A DNA stretch of 64,000 bases from positions 89,590,001 to 89,654,000 of the forward strand of contig NC_042997.1 in assembly GCF_006345805.1 (NCBI RefSeq). The letters run 5' to 3'. The notes beneath the pieces were generated by a model. That model was not told the origin of the DNA and made no database searches. It worked only from the letters and a program-made list of their open reading frames with translations. The position numbers and the translations under genes were made by a program. Shown one piece after another: positions 1 to 13,029 of this stretch (position 1 is its first letter; each line of letters starts with the position of its first letter). Source of the DNA: Octopus sinensis. Taxonomy: Eukaryota.

Positions 1-1830
1 GACTGGTGTAGTAGTATTATAGTTAGCTGCTACAACGGCAAATGTGATGCCTTAGATAGAACAGCTACAGAGGTATTAAATTGCTCGACCAAGTCATGAA
101 AGTTACTGAGAGGGTTATAGCTCAATTGATTAGAAATAGAAGTAAACTAAATGAGACACAGTTTGGTTTTGTATCTGAGAAGAGTACCACAGATGCCATC
201 TTCCTAAAATACTTGGTCAAAAGTAAGCTGTTGTACTTAGCCTTTGCCAATTTGGAGAAAGCTTTTGACGGAGTTTTGCGCTCTGTTATACAGTGGTCTC
301 TAAGGAAGTTAGGAGTAGAGGAGTGGCTTGTTAGAGCTGTACAAGCCATGTATAGAGATGACATCAGTAAGGTGAGAGTCGGCCATGAAAAGTGAAGAAT
401 TTAGCATACAGGTATGGGGTTCACCAGGGCTCAGTTCTCAGCCCAATCTTATTCATTAAGTTTCTCCAGGCCATAGCAGAGGAATTCAAAACTGGGTGCC
501 CATGGAAACTACTATATGCTGATGACCTTGCTCTTATTGCAGAATCTTTAACAGAAATGGAGAGGAAATTCCAGGTATGGAAACAAAACCTGAAATCAAA
601 GAGCCTTAAAGTTAACCTAGCTAAGACCAAAGTTGTTATTAGCAAGAAAGATGAAACTCACTTTCTGTTAGGTAAATGGCCCTGCTCAGTATGTCAGAAA
701 GGAGCTGGAAGAAATTCCATTCGCTGCACACAGTGTAAACTATGAACACATGAATGGTAGACTATATGTTTCTTGTGTGCGAATGGCTATACTCCAAGGT
801 AGTGAGACATACATAGACTGGAGTGAAATGAATGTAGTATGCACTGTTAGATGTGCAACATCAGTGCACATGTACAGCAAAGTGTAAATATATTGAGAGA
901 AAAGTTGGGCATAAGAGGAATCAAATGTGGCATGCAAGAGAGAAGACTATGTTGGTTTGGACACGTGAGGTATATAAATGAGGACAGCTGCATAAAGAAG
1001 TGCTTATCACTGAAAGTGGATGGTACCTGCAGAAGATGGAAACCTAGGAAGACATGGGATGAAGTGGTAAGGACTGATCTCAGGATGTTGGGCCACATGG
1101 AGGAAATGACAATGGACCAAGATATTTGGTGATTTGAAGTTCCTCAGAAGACCCACTCACATCAATGAAACTGAGTTTTAGATGCGCTGAGTGTTTCCCC
1201 ACACTTAACAAGAGAACTTCTCACACACTCTACCACAACAAACTACGTCTCTACATCTCTTCTCTTCCTTGCATTTCTGCTTCATGCACTATGCTTACCT
1301 CCCACTCCCCAATCTTGTCCTCTTGGCCCTGTGCCACTGTATTATTGATCTCCACTGGACCCCGACCTGAGTGTTTCACCTGCATGTAACAAGAAAACTT
1401 TTCACTCCCACTACTCCAACAAACCAATCTACATTTTGTCTCTTCCTCACACTTGCTCCTTTATACACTATGCCTAACTCTCTCTCCCCAATTCTGTCCT
1501 CGTGGCCTTGTATCATTGCTATCCGGTAGCCCCTCACCCCCAACTCTATATATACCCGGTTTTCACCACTCGCTTTTTAATCCACACCCTTTAATCACAT
1601 TCCCTTCACAATATGTCGCCACTTAAATTATGGTATTCAAACCATAAGGGTATACCCTGGCACTTGCTACCATCTATGTCTCTCTCTCTCTTCCTTTACT
1701 CAGCCAACCCATTTATATTCTGATCCCTGTACCTTGTGAGTATGCCTGGCATTTTGCCACAATCTCTATTCTGCTGTCTCCCACACTCTCTCTCCTTCTC
1801 CTGCACTTCCTTCAGGTTGGGTAACCATGT
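1..1830 (+). mobile_element. Decayed RTE-clade LINE (RT, C-terminus and 3'UTR)
   Basis: Frameshifted ORFs 81..395, 392..745 and 851..1132 carry RT motifs (QFGF, LEKAFD, GVHQGSVLSP.LF, LLYADD, RRLCWFGHV). Its 3' part is homologous to 26165-27200. Confidence 0.9.
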
Positions 1831-2049
1831 ATTTCCTTTGTGGTAGTGCATGTATTTCTGTCTTCATTCCTGATCTCTCTCTGTCTCTGGCCAGGTAACC
1901 TTGTACTTCCTCTACAGCAAGACACCTGTTTCTGTCTCTTTGTCTCACTGTAACCTTTCATCATCCACCAGAAGATCACCTCCTCCAATGCTGCCTCCCC
2001 ACTTGCAAGTTTTTTTTTTTTTTTTGTCTTGCAAGTACTTGGTGATCCT

Positions 2050-2312
2050 GTCAGTGCCAGTGCCACTTAAAAGCACCCAGTCCGCACTGTAAAGTGGTTG
2101 GTGTTTGCAAGGGCATCCAGCTGTAAAAACCTTGCCAAAACTGACCTCACCTGTGCTTGTGCCACGTAAAAAGCACTAAGTACACTCTGCTGAGTGGTTG
2201 GTGTTAGGAAGGGCATCCAGCTGAAAAAATCCTGCCAAAATAGTCACAGAAGGCTCTGGTGAAACCATCCTACCCATGATAGCATAGAAGGCGGATGTTA
2301 AACGATGATGAT
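2050..2312 (+). mobile_element. SINE/LINE 3' tail fragment with (GAT)n tail
   Basis: Two copies of gtggttggtgttaggaagggcatccagctg, a motif that recurs at ~7435, ~11850 and (inverted) ~25630; ends in gatgatgat. Confidence 0.6.
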
Positions 2313-4239
2313 GATATATACATACCTACATACACACACACACACAAACACACATGTGTATGTATGTATGCATGCATGCATATATGTATGTATGTGTGTA
2401 TAAATATATATATATATATATGCAGCCGTGATGGATACTTAATACTATACATTTCAGATAATATATATATGCATGGAACATTAGGAAATTGTCTTCCACT
2501 GTAGCTCTATATCACTATATATAGATATATATATGGTGATATAGAGCTACAGTGGAAGACAATTTCAGAATGTTCCATACAGTGGGACTGAACCCAAAAC
2601 CATGTGGTTGTGAAGCAAACTTCTTACCACAAAGCCATATCTGTGATATATACATAAACACACACACACATATATACACACAATGTTCCTCCTGTTCAAT
2701 GCCAAATCAACCTTTTAGTTAACATGTGTCCCTTAAAAATCAATCTGTCAAATAAAATGCCCTGTAGACAAACGTACTAACAAAGAACAAAACAGCTTGC
2801 AGAAAAGTGGGAAAATATTGAATAATTGATTATTCTAACAAATGAAATCTCTTCCAGCACACCCAAACTTAATTACTTTTAGCCCATCTAAGACTAATTC
2901 TGATACCATGATATGAAGTATCATGTCACATTGTTTTTTCAATATGTTTCAAGCTAGATTAGACTACTGCTATGTCTGGCAAACAAGTATCCATCACTGA
3001 AGATGATCTAATAATAGGACAGTAATGAGTTCTCTCCCTACTTGTAAAATATATTGAGGGTGAAGTGCACTGAACAGTCAGCAGGTGGAAGCATCCTCCT
3101 GGGGTTAAAATAGCAGTATCATCTGTTCTTAAAGAACACCCACTTTTAAGTGGTGATAAACATTATGTCTCAGTGTAAATACTGCTTCCATCTCTAACAG
3201 AGATCTTCTTAATGAATTAGTTTGCTAGTTGCAAGACCAGTGACTGTAACAATGTTTTTTTTTATATGTTTGTGAGGTGGGCTAGATTACTGCTATGTCT
3301 AGTACACAAGTATATATCACTGAGGATGATTTAATATGATTAAAATTATGTGATATGGTGGTCTCTGAGCTAGGGTAGTAAGGAGTTTGCTCACCGTTTA
3401 CAATATATATTGAGTACAAAGTGCACTGAATAGCCAACTGGAGGGAGCATCTCCTAGGGTTAAAATAGCAGTATCATCTGTTCTTAAAGAACATCCATGT
3501 TTGTGCTTGAATCTAAGATCATGTGCTGAAACTAAAGTGACTGTAAAATAAATGTTTGTCTTTATGTGTTTCTGAAAGGCTAACTTATGCCTTCCATACT
3601 GCAATCATTATATATACTACACACACACACACACACACACACTTATATATATATAAATATATGAGGGTTTACATAGTTTTCATGTACCAAATTTTACCCA
3701 AACGGTGTTAGTTAACTTGAAGCTTTAGTAGAATACACTTACCCTAGTACCACTGAAGTGGGATCAAATCTGAAATGAAGTGACTGCCGATAAAATTTCT
3801 TCAGCCCACAGCCATGTATGTGCTATATCATCATCATCATCAGCTGTATGTGTAGATATATTTTTATTTTGGAAGGATTACACTGCCCTTAGCAAACACA
3901 CACACATGTTAGAGATCTCTTCAGTTTTATTGTTAACTAATCAATTAATCAATTAATTATTGATAAGTTTGCCCTAAATTTTTCTTCATGCTTCTGTGAT
4001 CTTTTCAGTCATTTCAATGGTTTTTCCAGCCTGCAATTGATATTCTTTATTTTTTATGGTTGTTATATTGTCAAGTGGCATGCATATATTGCTAAATATG
4101 TGTGTGTATGTGTGCATGTATGGAGTATGTGTGTGTATGCATGTTTTGTTTAGATTATCTCCACTTTTATGATTTTTTCATTTGTCAGTGCCAACATAAA
4201 TGTGTGGGTGTGTAACTTTATATGTATGTGTATATGTCA

Positions 4240-4620
4240 GGTCACTTTCGAGTAACCTGTTGCATGGTCGGGTTGTCGGCGACTAAACTGGCAACTCCAC
4301 CAAGCTTGCTTGATGAGGAGGGTGTTTATTGAACACCCTGCGGGATGAAAAACAAAGCCCGTCAAAGGGCGGAGGAACTCTTGAGAGTCAACAACCATCC
4401 AATAAATGTCTTAAGGCTGTTTCATGTGTGGGGACATAGAAATAATCGGATTGAATACCCGATCATGTTGTTAAACCATTGGGTGTGAAGGACTCCTAGC
4501 CTTTGTTAGGGCATCCGTCTAGGAGAAGGCAACTCAGGTAACTGGGATAACTCCGACATAAAACCTGCGGCTCAGTGGTTACCGATAATGTTGACTTGTT
4601 CTTCTTTTTGGATTATGGCT
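4240..4620 (+). mobile_element. GC-richer repeat resembling a non-LTR (RTE-like) 5' leader
   Basis: GC island in AT-rich DNA with gggcatccgtctaggagaaggcaactc, reminiscent of RTE leaders; recognition only. Confidence 0.35.
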
Positions 4621-5429
4621 GCTGTTGCTTAGTGAGTGGGATTGACTCAGTGCACAGCCTTTCCTCACTATAAAGAAAATCTTTTTGTACAGGCATTGCA
4701 CGATAACAACATTGATTAAGCTTCGTGCAATAACCATACTCAATAACGAGGGGGCAGCCACCATGTGTATGTACATATGGTTTATGGGTATATGTCTTTG
4801 TGGTTTGTGGATATGTTTATGGTTTGTGAATGATTCTGATTCATGTGTGTATACACATGAATCAAAATTCATGTGTATGGTAGCTGAATTTAGTTGTCTT
4901 AAATCTTATTTTATCCTTACTTTTCGGTGTTACTTTGGTGGTAGTGGTGCTATTTTGTTCATCCCTTTTATTGAAGGTATGTGGTGGTTCCAGTATACCT
5001 ACCACTTCTGTAACACATCTTCTGTTTGATCTTCTAGAAGTGTGGAAAGAATGACACCAAGCATGGCTGTGTGGTTAAGAAGCTCATTTTGCAACTGTGT
5101 GGTTTCAGGTTCAGTCCTACTGTGTAGCACCTTCTACTACACCTCTGAACTGACCAAAGCCTTGCAAGTGAATCTGGTAGATGGAAACTGTGAGGCAGCC
5201 TATCATATATAATATGTGTGTGTGTTTGTGTGTGTGTATGTGTGTATATGTATGTGTGTGTGTGTGTGTGTATATATATATGTATTATGTATGTGCATGT
5301 ATTGTGTATGTATTTATGCATGTTTTATTTAAATTATCTCCACTTTTATGTTTGTTTCATTTGATTGTTTTTGGTTTATTTTCATGTGTGTGTGTGTGTG
5401 TGTGTGTATGTATATATATATATATATAT

Positions 5430-5900
5430 CATCATCATCCTCATCATCGTTTAACATCCGCTTTCCATGCTAGCATGGGTTGGATGATTTGACTGAGGTC
5501 TGGTGAATCAGATGGCTGCACCAGACTCCAATCTGATCTGGCAGAGTTTCTACAGCTGGATGCCCTTCCTAATGCCAACTACTCTGAGAGTGTAGTAGGT
5601 GCGTTTACGTGCCACCGGCACGAGGGCCAGTCAGGCGGTACTGGCAACAGCCACGCTCAAATGGTGCTTTTTATGTGCCACCTGCACAGTAGCAAGTTCA
5701 GCAGTACTGGCAATGACCTTCCTTGAATGTTTTTTCATGTGCCACCAGCATACGTGCTAGTAGGCGATGCAGGTAACGATCATGCTCGAATGTTGTTTTT
5801 AACGTGCCACTGGTTTGGAGGCCAGCTTGTTGCTCTGGCCCTGATCTCACTCATATGGTTCTCTTAGCGCTCCACTAGCATGGATGCCAGTCATCGAATT
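5430..5900 (-). mobile_element. RTE 3' tail/SINE-like element with internal minisatellite
   Basis: Reverse complement of the 7080-7560 and 11620-12005 elements; (CAT)n tail at the left end. Confidence 0.75.
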
Positions 5901-5929
5901 TGATTTCGATATATATATATATATATATA

Positions 5930-7565
5930 GTGAAGAATTCTGGGTAGAAGTAGGGGTTCACCAAGGATCAGTCCTCAGCCCCCTCTTATTCATCATAGTC
6001 TTCCGGGCAATAACAGAGGAATTCAAGACAGGATGCCCGTGAGAGCTCCTCTATGCTAATGACCTTGCTCTAATAGCTGAGTCACTACCAGAACTAGAGA
6101 TGGAATTGTGGAAGCAAGGTCTAGAATTGAAGGGCCTTAGGGTTTACCTAACAAAAACCAAAGTCTTAATTAGCAGGAAGGCTGACAAACCACAAATCCC
6201 TTCAGGTAGATGGACCTACTCAATATGTAGAGAAAACATGGGTAGAAACTCCATACAATGTACCTGGAGTAATCTATGAACACACAAAAGGTGCAGTAAT
6301 ATCAAAGGAAGGTTAACCAGGAAGATAGTTTTTGTGTGTGGCAGATGCACAAGGGCAATGAATACTGACGATGTATAGAAAACAAATTCCATCACATGCC
6401 AGGGGAAAAACTAGAAGCAGTTGATAGCTTCTGCTACCTAGGTGATCAAGTCTGTAATGGGCATGGATGCTCTGAGAGTGTAGTGGCTAGAATAAGAATA
6501 GTCTGAGCAAAGTTTAAGGAGCTCCTACCTCTGCTGGTAACTAAGGGCCTCTCACTCAGGATGATAGGTAGACTATATGATGCATGTGTACGAACAGCCA
6601 TGCCACACGGCAGTGAAACATGGGTTGTGACTGCTAAGGACATGCATAGGCTTGAAAGAAATGAAGCTAGTATGATCCGCTGGATGTATAGTGTCAGTGT
6701 GCATACACGACAAAGTGTGAGCACCCTGTGAGAAAAGTTGGACCTAAGAACATGGTGTGCAAGAGAGACAACTGCGCTAATATGGTCATGTGTTGTGTAT
6801 TGATGAGAACAGCTGTGAGAGGAAGTGCCACACTCTAACTGTAGAAGGAACCTGTGGAAGAGGTAGACCCAGGAAGACATGGGATGAGGTGGTGAAGCAT
6901 GACCTTCAAATGTTGGGCTTCACAGAGGCAACGACAAGAGACTGAGACCTTTGGAAATATGCTGTGATCTCAACTAAAGCAAGATCGCAGCCATGGCTGA
7001 TGCCTGCATTGCATGTCCAGCTCATTTAATGGTCTCTTTGATGCTTCAGGTGATTTGATATGCTTGAGAAGACCTGTTGACTCAAGTAAAACCAAATTCA
7101 TAGCTGTGACCAGTGCCCCCTGACTCGCTCCCATGCTGGTGGCACATAAAATGTATCCAAACATGGTAGATGCCAGTGCTCCTTGACTCGCTCCCATGCT
7201 GGTGGCATGTATAAAGCATCATCCAAACGTGGTCGATGCCAGTGCCCCCTGACTGGCTCCCATGCTGGTAGCATGTAAAAAGCACTATCCAAAAGTGATC
7301 GATGCCAGGGCTGCCAGACTGGCTCCCATGCCGGTAGCATGTAAAAAGCACTATCTGAACGTAATCGATGCCAGGGACAACTGAATAGCCCCTGTGCTGC
7401 TAGCACGTAAAAAGCACCCACTACACTCTTAGATTGGTTGGCGTTAGGAAGGGCATCAGCTGTAGAAACAGATCAGACTGAAGTCAGGTGCAGTCACTGG
7501 CTTTCCAGACCTCAGTCAAACCATCAAATCTATGCCAGCATGGAAAACAGATGTTAAATAATGAT
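5930..7565 (+). mobile_element. 5'-truncated RTE LINE with a ~63-66-bp minisatellite in its 3'UTR
   Basis: Decayed RT from ~5950 (GVHQGSVLSPLLFII, LLYA.DL), C-terminal GRGRPRKTWDEVV at ~6860, repeat units at 7122/7185/7251/7317, then a gatg tail. Confidence 0.85.
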
Positions 7566-9000
7566 AATGATACACACACATATATATAGTTTACTTTCCA
7601 TTAAGGTAAGATCAACAAAAAAAGTACTCCATCTGACGAGAGATAAATATTGCTTAATGCACAAAGTATATAGTTATGAGCTACTGATAGTCTCATACAT
7701 TGAAGAAATCATCTTGGTAGGTTTTAAAACATGTCAAGTACTCAACTAGTACTTATTTTATAAGTAATAATAAAATTGTAATATTATATATGTAATGAAG
7801 GTGGTGAGCTGGCAGAAGTGTTAGCATGCCAGATAAAAAGCTAAGAGGTTTTTCATCTGCCTTTACATTCAGAGTTCAAATTTCATCAAGGTTGACTTTG
7901 CCTTTTGTCCTTTTAGGTCGATAAAATAAGTATCTGTGTTTGACTTATGCCCTCTAAATTGCTGGCCTCTTGCCAAAATTAGAAATCAGTATTATATGTG
8001 TAATAAGTAAATTATATATTACTAGCAGAAACACTTTCACATTTGATTCCCAATTCTAATAATTTTTATATTTTACATCTAATTACTTCTTTGAATAATA
8101 GTGCTCACTTGCTTAATAAATAATGCTTTCATTAGTTTATCACAGGCAAAATCTCTCTTTTTTAAACAAACATCATGGTAGTCCAACAACAGAGGGTGAA
8201 GCAGTTTTACCTTCCCCTCAAACAACATAGAGATTTCAATTCAGCAGCCCTTCTGTAAGCTTTGCAAAGTGTGTGTGAGAGAGAGGAGGATGGGGAGAAC
8301 ATTACAAACAATGAATGAAATAAACAGGAAATGAAAAAATCGTATAGATAAAAGGGCATTACTACAGATGTATATGCCTCCGACTTTGTTGCCTCATGAC
8401 ATCCAGAAAAATGGATACTTTTTAACAAAATTTTCTACAAATACCGTCTATGTGTTGTGGCTTCAGAGTATATAGGGATGTATGAGAAAGAATTTTTCTG
8501 AGGTGGTGGAGAAAGGAGTTTTGGAAAATTCACATGATCTGACTTTTTAACCTCATAACTTTCAGGAAGAGAGTATCTTTTGATGAAAATTTATACAAAC
8601 CCCTTTCAAACAGCATAGATTATGATTATAAAGAAAGATTTTCCTCATTTTTAACCACAACCTTCAAAATGATGTGTGGGTGTGTGTGTGTGGAAAGGGG
8701 GGTAGGCATCTTTGCATGAAAAAAGTTTTGTAAACTCTTTTTTTTTTACACCCACCTCATCAACACACTCCAGACTTATTTTGGCCAATTCTTTTTGCAC
8801 TTCAAAACCATGGGAAGAGCATTTTCAGTAAAAAATGTTTTTTAATTGTTAATATTTTCAGAGGGAAAAGTGAGTGATTTAAGAGTGATTTGGCTGTTGT
8901 TTCTAGCTTATCCAAAGACAAACCTCCTCATTTCTTTATCACTCTTGCATATATTGATGTTTTTCAATATCTCCCCCCCCCTAAATATATTTATATTCTA

Positions 9001-9640
9001 CTAGCAGTATCGCCCGGCGTTGCTCGGGTTTGTAAGGGAAATAACTATATAAGCATTTTTAGAGAGTTATAGCCAAAAAATAGCAAAAAATGCATTAAAA
9101 ATGGAAAAAATATGATGGTAAATTTTTTTTTAAAATCGTTGACTCATCGTAGACATTTTTAGAGAGTTACTTCCCTTATATAATAGCGAAAAAATGCATT
9201 AAAAATGGAAAAAAAAAACGATGGTAAATTTTTTTTTAAATCGTAGACTCATGTAGACGCTTTCTTAGCCATTTCTGTTTTGGTGTCTTCAAGCCATGAA
9301 TTCGTTGTTCTAAAAGAACACTGGTCTCCTTGACAACGCATTACGACGTTGATTTCCTTACACTCCCTTCCCCACAGGTGCAGGTGTGAGCGTGGACGCC
9401 AACTCCGCCGCCATCGACACACGAAAAATTATGCATTAAAATGGAATAAAAAATGATGTTAAATTATTTTTAAATCGTAGACTCATCGTAGACGCGCGCT
9501 AATATTCAGACGGGCTCGATATGAATCACGACTATAAGCTACCCGAATTTGGTTAAACTGTACCGCAAAATGTGGGAGTAGTTAGGAATCTAAATCGAAG
9601 GGGACAGACACTCACACAACTACAGTTTTATATATATAGA
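9001..9640 (-). mobile_element. Non-autonomous Helitron (family A)
   Basis: On the minus strand: 5' A|TC TATATATATAAAA, 3' hairpin cccgagcaacgccggg followed by CTAG|T. Shares both termini with 34872-35718 and 37956-38353. Confidence 0.85.
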
Positions 9641-9729
9641 TATACATAGCGCAGTAGTGGTGAGATATGACAGCAAAGAAAAGCATACATTCACTCTCTG
9701 CATGCAATTAGACTCGGAAAGTTCATGAG

Positions 9730-10065
9730 GAACCCATTGACCCAATTTGCTGACTTTTCCGATAGCACACAGGTGTCAATGAATGGTTGAATGACCAAAT
9801 CCAAGCTTCTCTGCTAGTTCCTCAACAGTTACGATGATATTTTGTTCCACCAGGGTTTTCAGGATGTCCTTGTCGAGTTCTACAGATCTTTCAGGATGAG
9901 GCTCGTCTTCTAGGCTGTAGTTTATGGCTCGGGATTTCTGGAACCACCATTGACACTGCCTTACGCTTATTGTCCAATCCCCATATACTGCATTAATATT
10001 TCTTGTACTTTGCACACATTTATATTCTGTTATTCTTTTATATGTTTCAGCCTTGAGGTTGTGGC
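9730..10065 (-). mobile_element. Mariner transposase N-terminal (HTH) fragment
   Basis: Peptide RNINAVYGDWTISVRQCQWWFQK...LEDEPHPERSVELDKDILKTLVEQN...TVEELAEKLGFGHSTIH, typical of the mariner paired-like HTH. Confidence 0.8.
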
Positions 10066-10204
10066 CATGCTGGATCATGTGTGTGTGTGTGGTGTGTGTG
10101 TGTCTATCTGTCTGTCTGTCTGTATGTATATATGTATATGTATGTGTGTGAACAATAATATTTTCAACAGATGTGTTGCAAATGTATCTGATTGTTCTCA
10201 AGCT

Positions 10205-10335
10205 TCAATACTGTGTGTGTGTGTATGTGTGTGTGTGTATGTATGTATGTATATGTATGTATGTATGTATGTATATGTATGTATGTATGTATGTGTGTAT
10301 GTATGTATGTGTGTGTGTATGTATGTGTGTGTGTA

Positions 10336-10366
<31 letters not shown>

Positions 10367-10415
10367 ATGTATGTATGTATGTATGTATGTATGTATGTGT
10401 ATGTATGTATGAGTG
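10205..10415. repeat. Compound (TG)n/(TATG)n microsatellite
   Basis: Direct inspection. Confidence 0.95.
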
Positions 10416-10539
10416 TATGTTTACTTTATTACTAATTACTCTCTTCCAAGAACATTTTCACTCACTCTTAGCTCTTAGCTTCCCATACATTTTACTCATG
10501 TATCTATCAGCGTCATAGACAGAATACTTTCACTTTAGT

Positions 10540-10835
10540 CTTCCTCAAATCACTCTGTCGCTATTTACTTTCATTTTATTCGTTGCCCACTGTGTGTGTG
10601 CGTTTGCGTGTGGTGTAAACCAGACTAAGAAAAGCATTTGACACACACACCAGAATGTGAGTTTTCTGTAAATTTTGCTTAATTGGAGTTTAAATTTTAA
10701 AAACTGGACCTGGCATGACGCGATGCATTGTACTCTCAAAAATGCTAGGTAAATTGTAATTGAAGAAATCCTATATTGTAGATTTCTATAACTCCCAAAG
10801 GGAGGCAGATAAAATCTGCCTTTTATAATAAGAGA
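10540..10835 (-). mobile_element. Helitron-like 5' fragment (family B)
   Basis: Reverse complement begins A|TCTCTTATTATAAAAGGCAGATTTTATCTGCC, matching the starts at 35728 and 36870. No 3' CTAG seen. Confidence 0.6.
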
Positions 10836-11129
10836 TAAAAAAGAAAATTTGAGAAATTATGAATTTTTTGCAACTCCACCCTCTGCCCCGATTGTGTCTG
10901 TTTAGAAATTAAAATATTGGAGAGCCTGAGAAGGTCATTGCTGGTATTTATCCACATGGAGATGTACTTGCATAGCAAGTGACTTGATCTGAGATTGTGT
11001 GCTGAAACAAAAACAATTGCAGCATAGATGTTTGTAAGCCATTCAAGAACACACAGAAATCATTCATTTCACAGCACTACTTAAATACAGAGGTCCTGAT
11101 GCATCTACATAATGATATGAAAGGGAGGA

Positions 11130-11205
11130 TTAGTTTTAGGGTTAAATTTAGGGTTAGTTTTAGGGTTAAATTTAGGGCTAGTTTTAGGGTTGGTTAGGGT
11201 TAGGG
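11130..11205 (+). repeat. Degenerate telomere-like TTAGGG array
   Basis: Five 12-bp units alternating ttagttttaggg/ttaaatttaggg, then ttggttaggg and ttaggg. Confidence 0.85.
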
Positions 11206-11619
11206 TGTTATTACACATCCACACAGTGTACATTTAAAATGTTTTGTACATAACACCTGTATTTAAGTAGTACCCATGTATTTAAGTAGCAGTGTTAAGG
11301 GATCTGTATTTATATAGTACCAGTTTCACTTCAACATTAAAACTTCATTTGTGTCAAAATATTTTCTTCACTTTGAAACCACGACCTGTTCACTGACAAA
11401 ACTTTACAAAAGTAGTGCAGCACAAAGTTTTGTCAGTGTGCAGCAAACATACACACAGACACATGCACAAACATTCATTTGCCTTTCATTTGTGTGTATG
11501 TGTATCTATGTGTGAGTGTGAGTGTGTCACTGTTGAAGTCGCTCATGCAACTTGTTTCTATCAAAAATCAAAAATCAAAATCAATCAACATGAATGGAAA
11601 TTGTAGCTGTAATACTAGT

Positions 11620-12005
11620 GCCGGTGGCACATAAGAGAACCATCTGAACGTGGCCATTGCCAGCGCCGCCCTGACTGGCTTCTGTGCCGGTGGCACGTAA
11701 AAAGCACCATCCGATCGTGGCCGTTGCCAGCCTCGCCTGGCCTCCATGCCGGTGGCACGTAAAAAGCACCATCCGATCGTGGCCATTTGCCAGCCTCGTC
11801 TGGCACCTGTGCCGGTGGCATGTAAAAAGCACCCACTACACTCATGGAGTGGTTGGCATTAGGAAGGGCATCCAGCTGTAGAAACATTGCCAGATCAGAC
11901 TGGGCCTGGTGCAGCCTTCTGGCTTCCCAGACCCCAGTTGCACCGTCCAACCCATGCCAGCATGGAAAACAAACGCTAAACAATGATGATGATGATGATG
12001 ATGAT
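11620..12005 (+). mobile_element. RTE 3' tail/SINE-like element with internal minisatellite
   Basis: About four units containing ggtggcacgtaaaaagcacc, then the shared tail and (GAT)n. Confidence 0.75.
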
Positions 12006-13029
12006 TGGCTTAGTGGTACAGAGTGTTTGGAAACTGAATAAGATGCAAGTTTTGAGTACTTGTCGGTAACTTTTTGTTTTCTCCTTGTCTTCTGATAGTA
12101 ATTACCCAACTTTCTAGGCTCTTCTCACAGCTATACCACATTCAAAAATTGTACAGGTATATTAAAAATTTTCTTTCAATAAATAATAAATTACATACAC
12201 ATTAATGGAATAATAAATAATAAATTACGTATACATTAATAGAATAAACTGTCGGTTTTCGAAAGAGCAAATGAAAACTTAAAAGAGAAAGTGAGAGACT
12301 TTGTAAATGAAAATGGAATACTCCGCGGTGAATGCAATGTATATTTAAATTTGTAAATTGGACACAGTGAATGCAACGGCCATTTAAATTTGTGAATTGG
12401 ACACAGTGAATGCAATGAATATTTAAATTTGTGAGAAATTGGAGTTTAATAAATTCAAGAAACTTGAGAAATCGAAATTATAGGAAATTTCTTAGAACAA
12501 GAATTTATAAAAATATTTCTAGGAGGTCAACCCTTTAATACTTGCTTTCTTTTAGTGCTTTTGGCAATTGTTACATACCTAATTAATAAGCAGCTTTCTC
12601 CATTATAGTATAGATGCACCTTATTGTGTTTTATTATGTGCATGGTCTCTGGTTTGTGGAAAAATTATTATGCATGAAACCAGTTGCCAAAAAGTTGGGA
12701 ACTACGACTTTACATCATATTCAAAGGGTTCTTTGATCCTTTTATTTATACTGTAAGCTATTTCTTTTCTACATGTTGTGTGGTGTCCTTTCACTGCTCT
12801 TCCATTACTACATTATTTTCCCAAGTTTGCTGTTTATCAATGGATAGTTGTTATCAGTTATAGGGATTTTTCCTAAATGGGTGACATATGTAACTTTGAC
12901 TTAATATCTCTGCATGTTTTTTCTTTTATCCCATTGATGTTATATGAAATTTTGTGCACTGCTTTCCTAAATTTCTTGGGTAGCTCACTTCTGGGTGAGT
13001 ATTGTATGAACATCACACCTTATAATTAG

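Noticed and set aside
4240-4310. Possible HDV-like ribozyme in an RTE-like leader
   Set aside because: Local hairpins exist, but I could not thread the nested double pseudoknot or an L3 consensus.
8208-8250. Candidate LRRC43 exon 6 (AG...GTAAAA)
   Set aside because: The peptide (RAAELKSLCCLRGR) lacks the expected W|PxLxSLDLxFN LRR continuation.
9950-10518. Long ORFs rich in C/V/M/Y
   Set aside because: Translations of (TG)n/(TATG)n microsatellites, not genes.
11130-11205. Ancestral telomere fusion site
   Set aside because: Single orientation, short and degenerate; there is no head-to-head TTAGGG/CCCTAA junction.
12577-12660. Minus-strand segment ending at an AG|GTATGT donor
   Set aside because: No LRR pattern and no convincing phase-2 acceptor.
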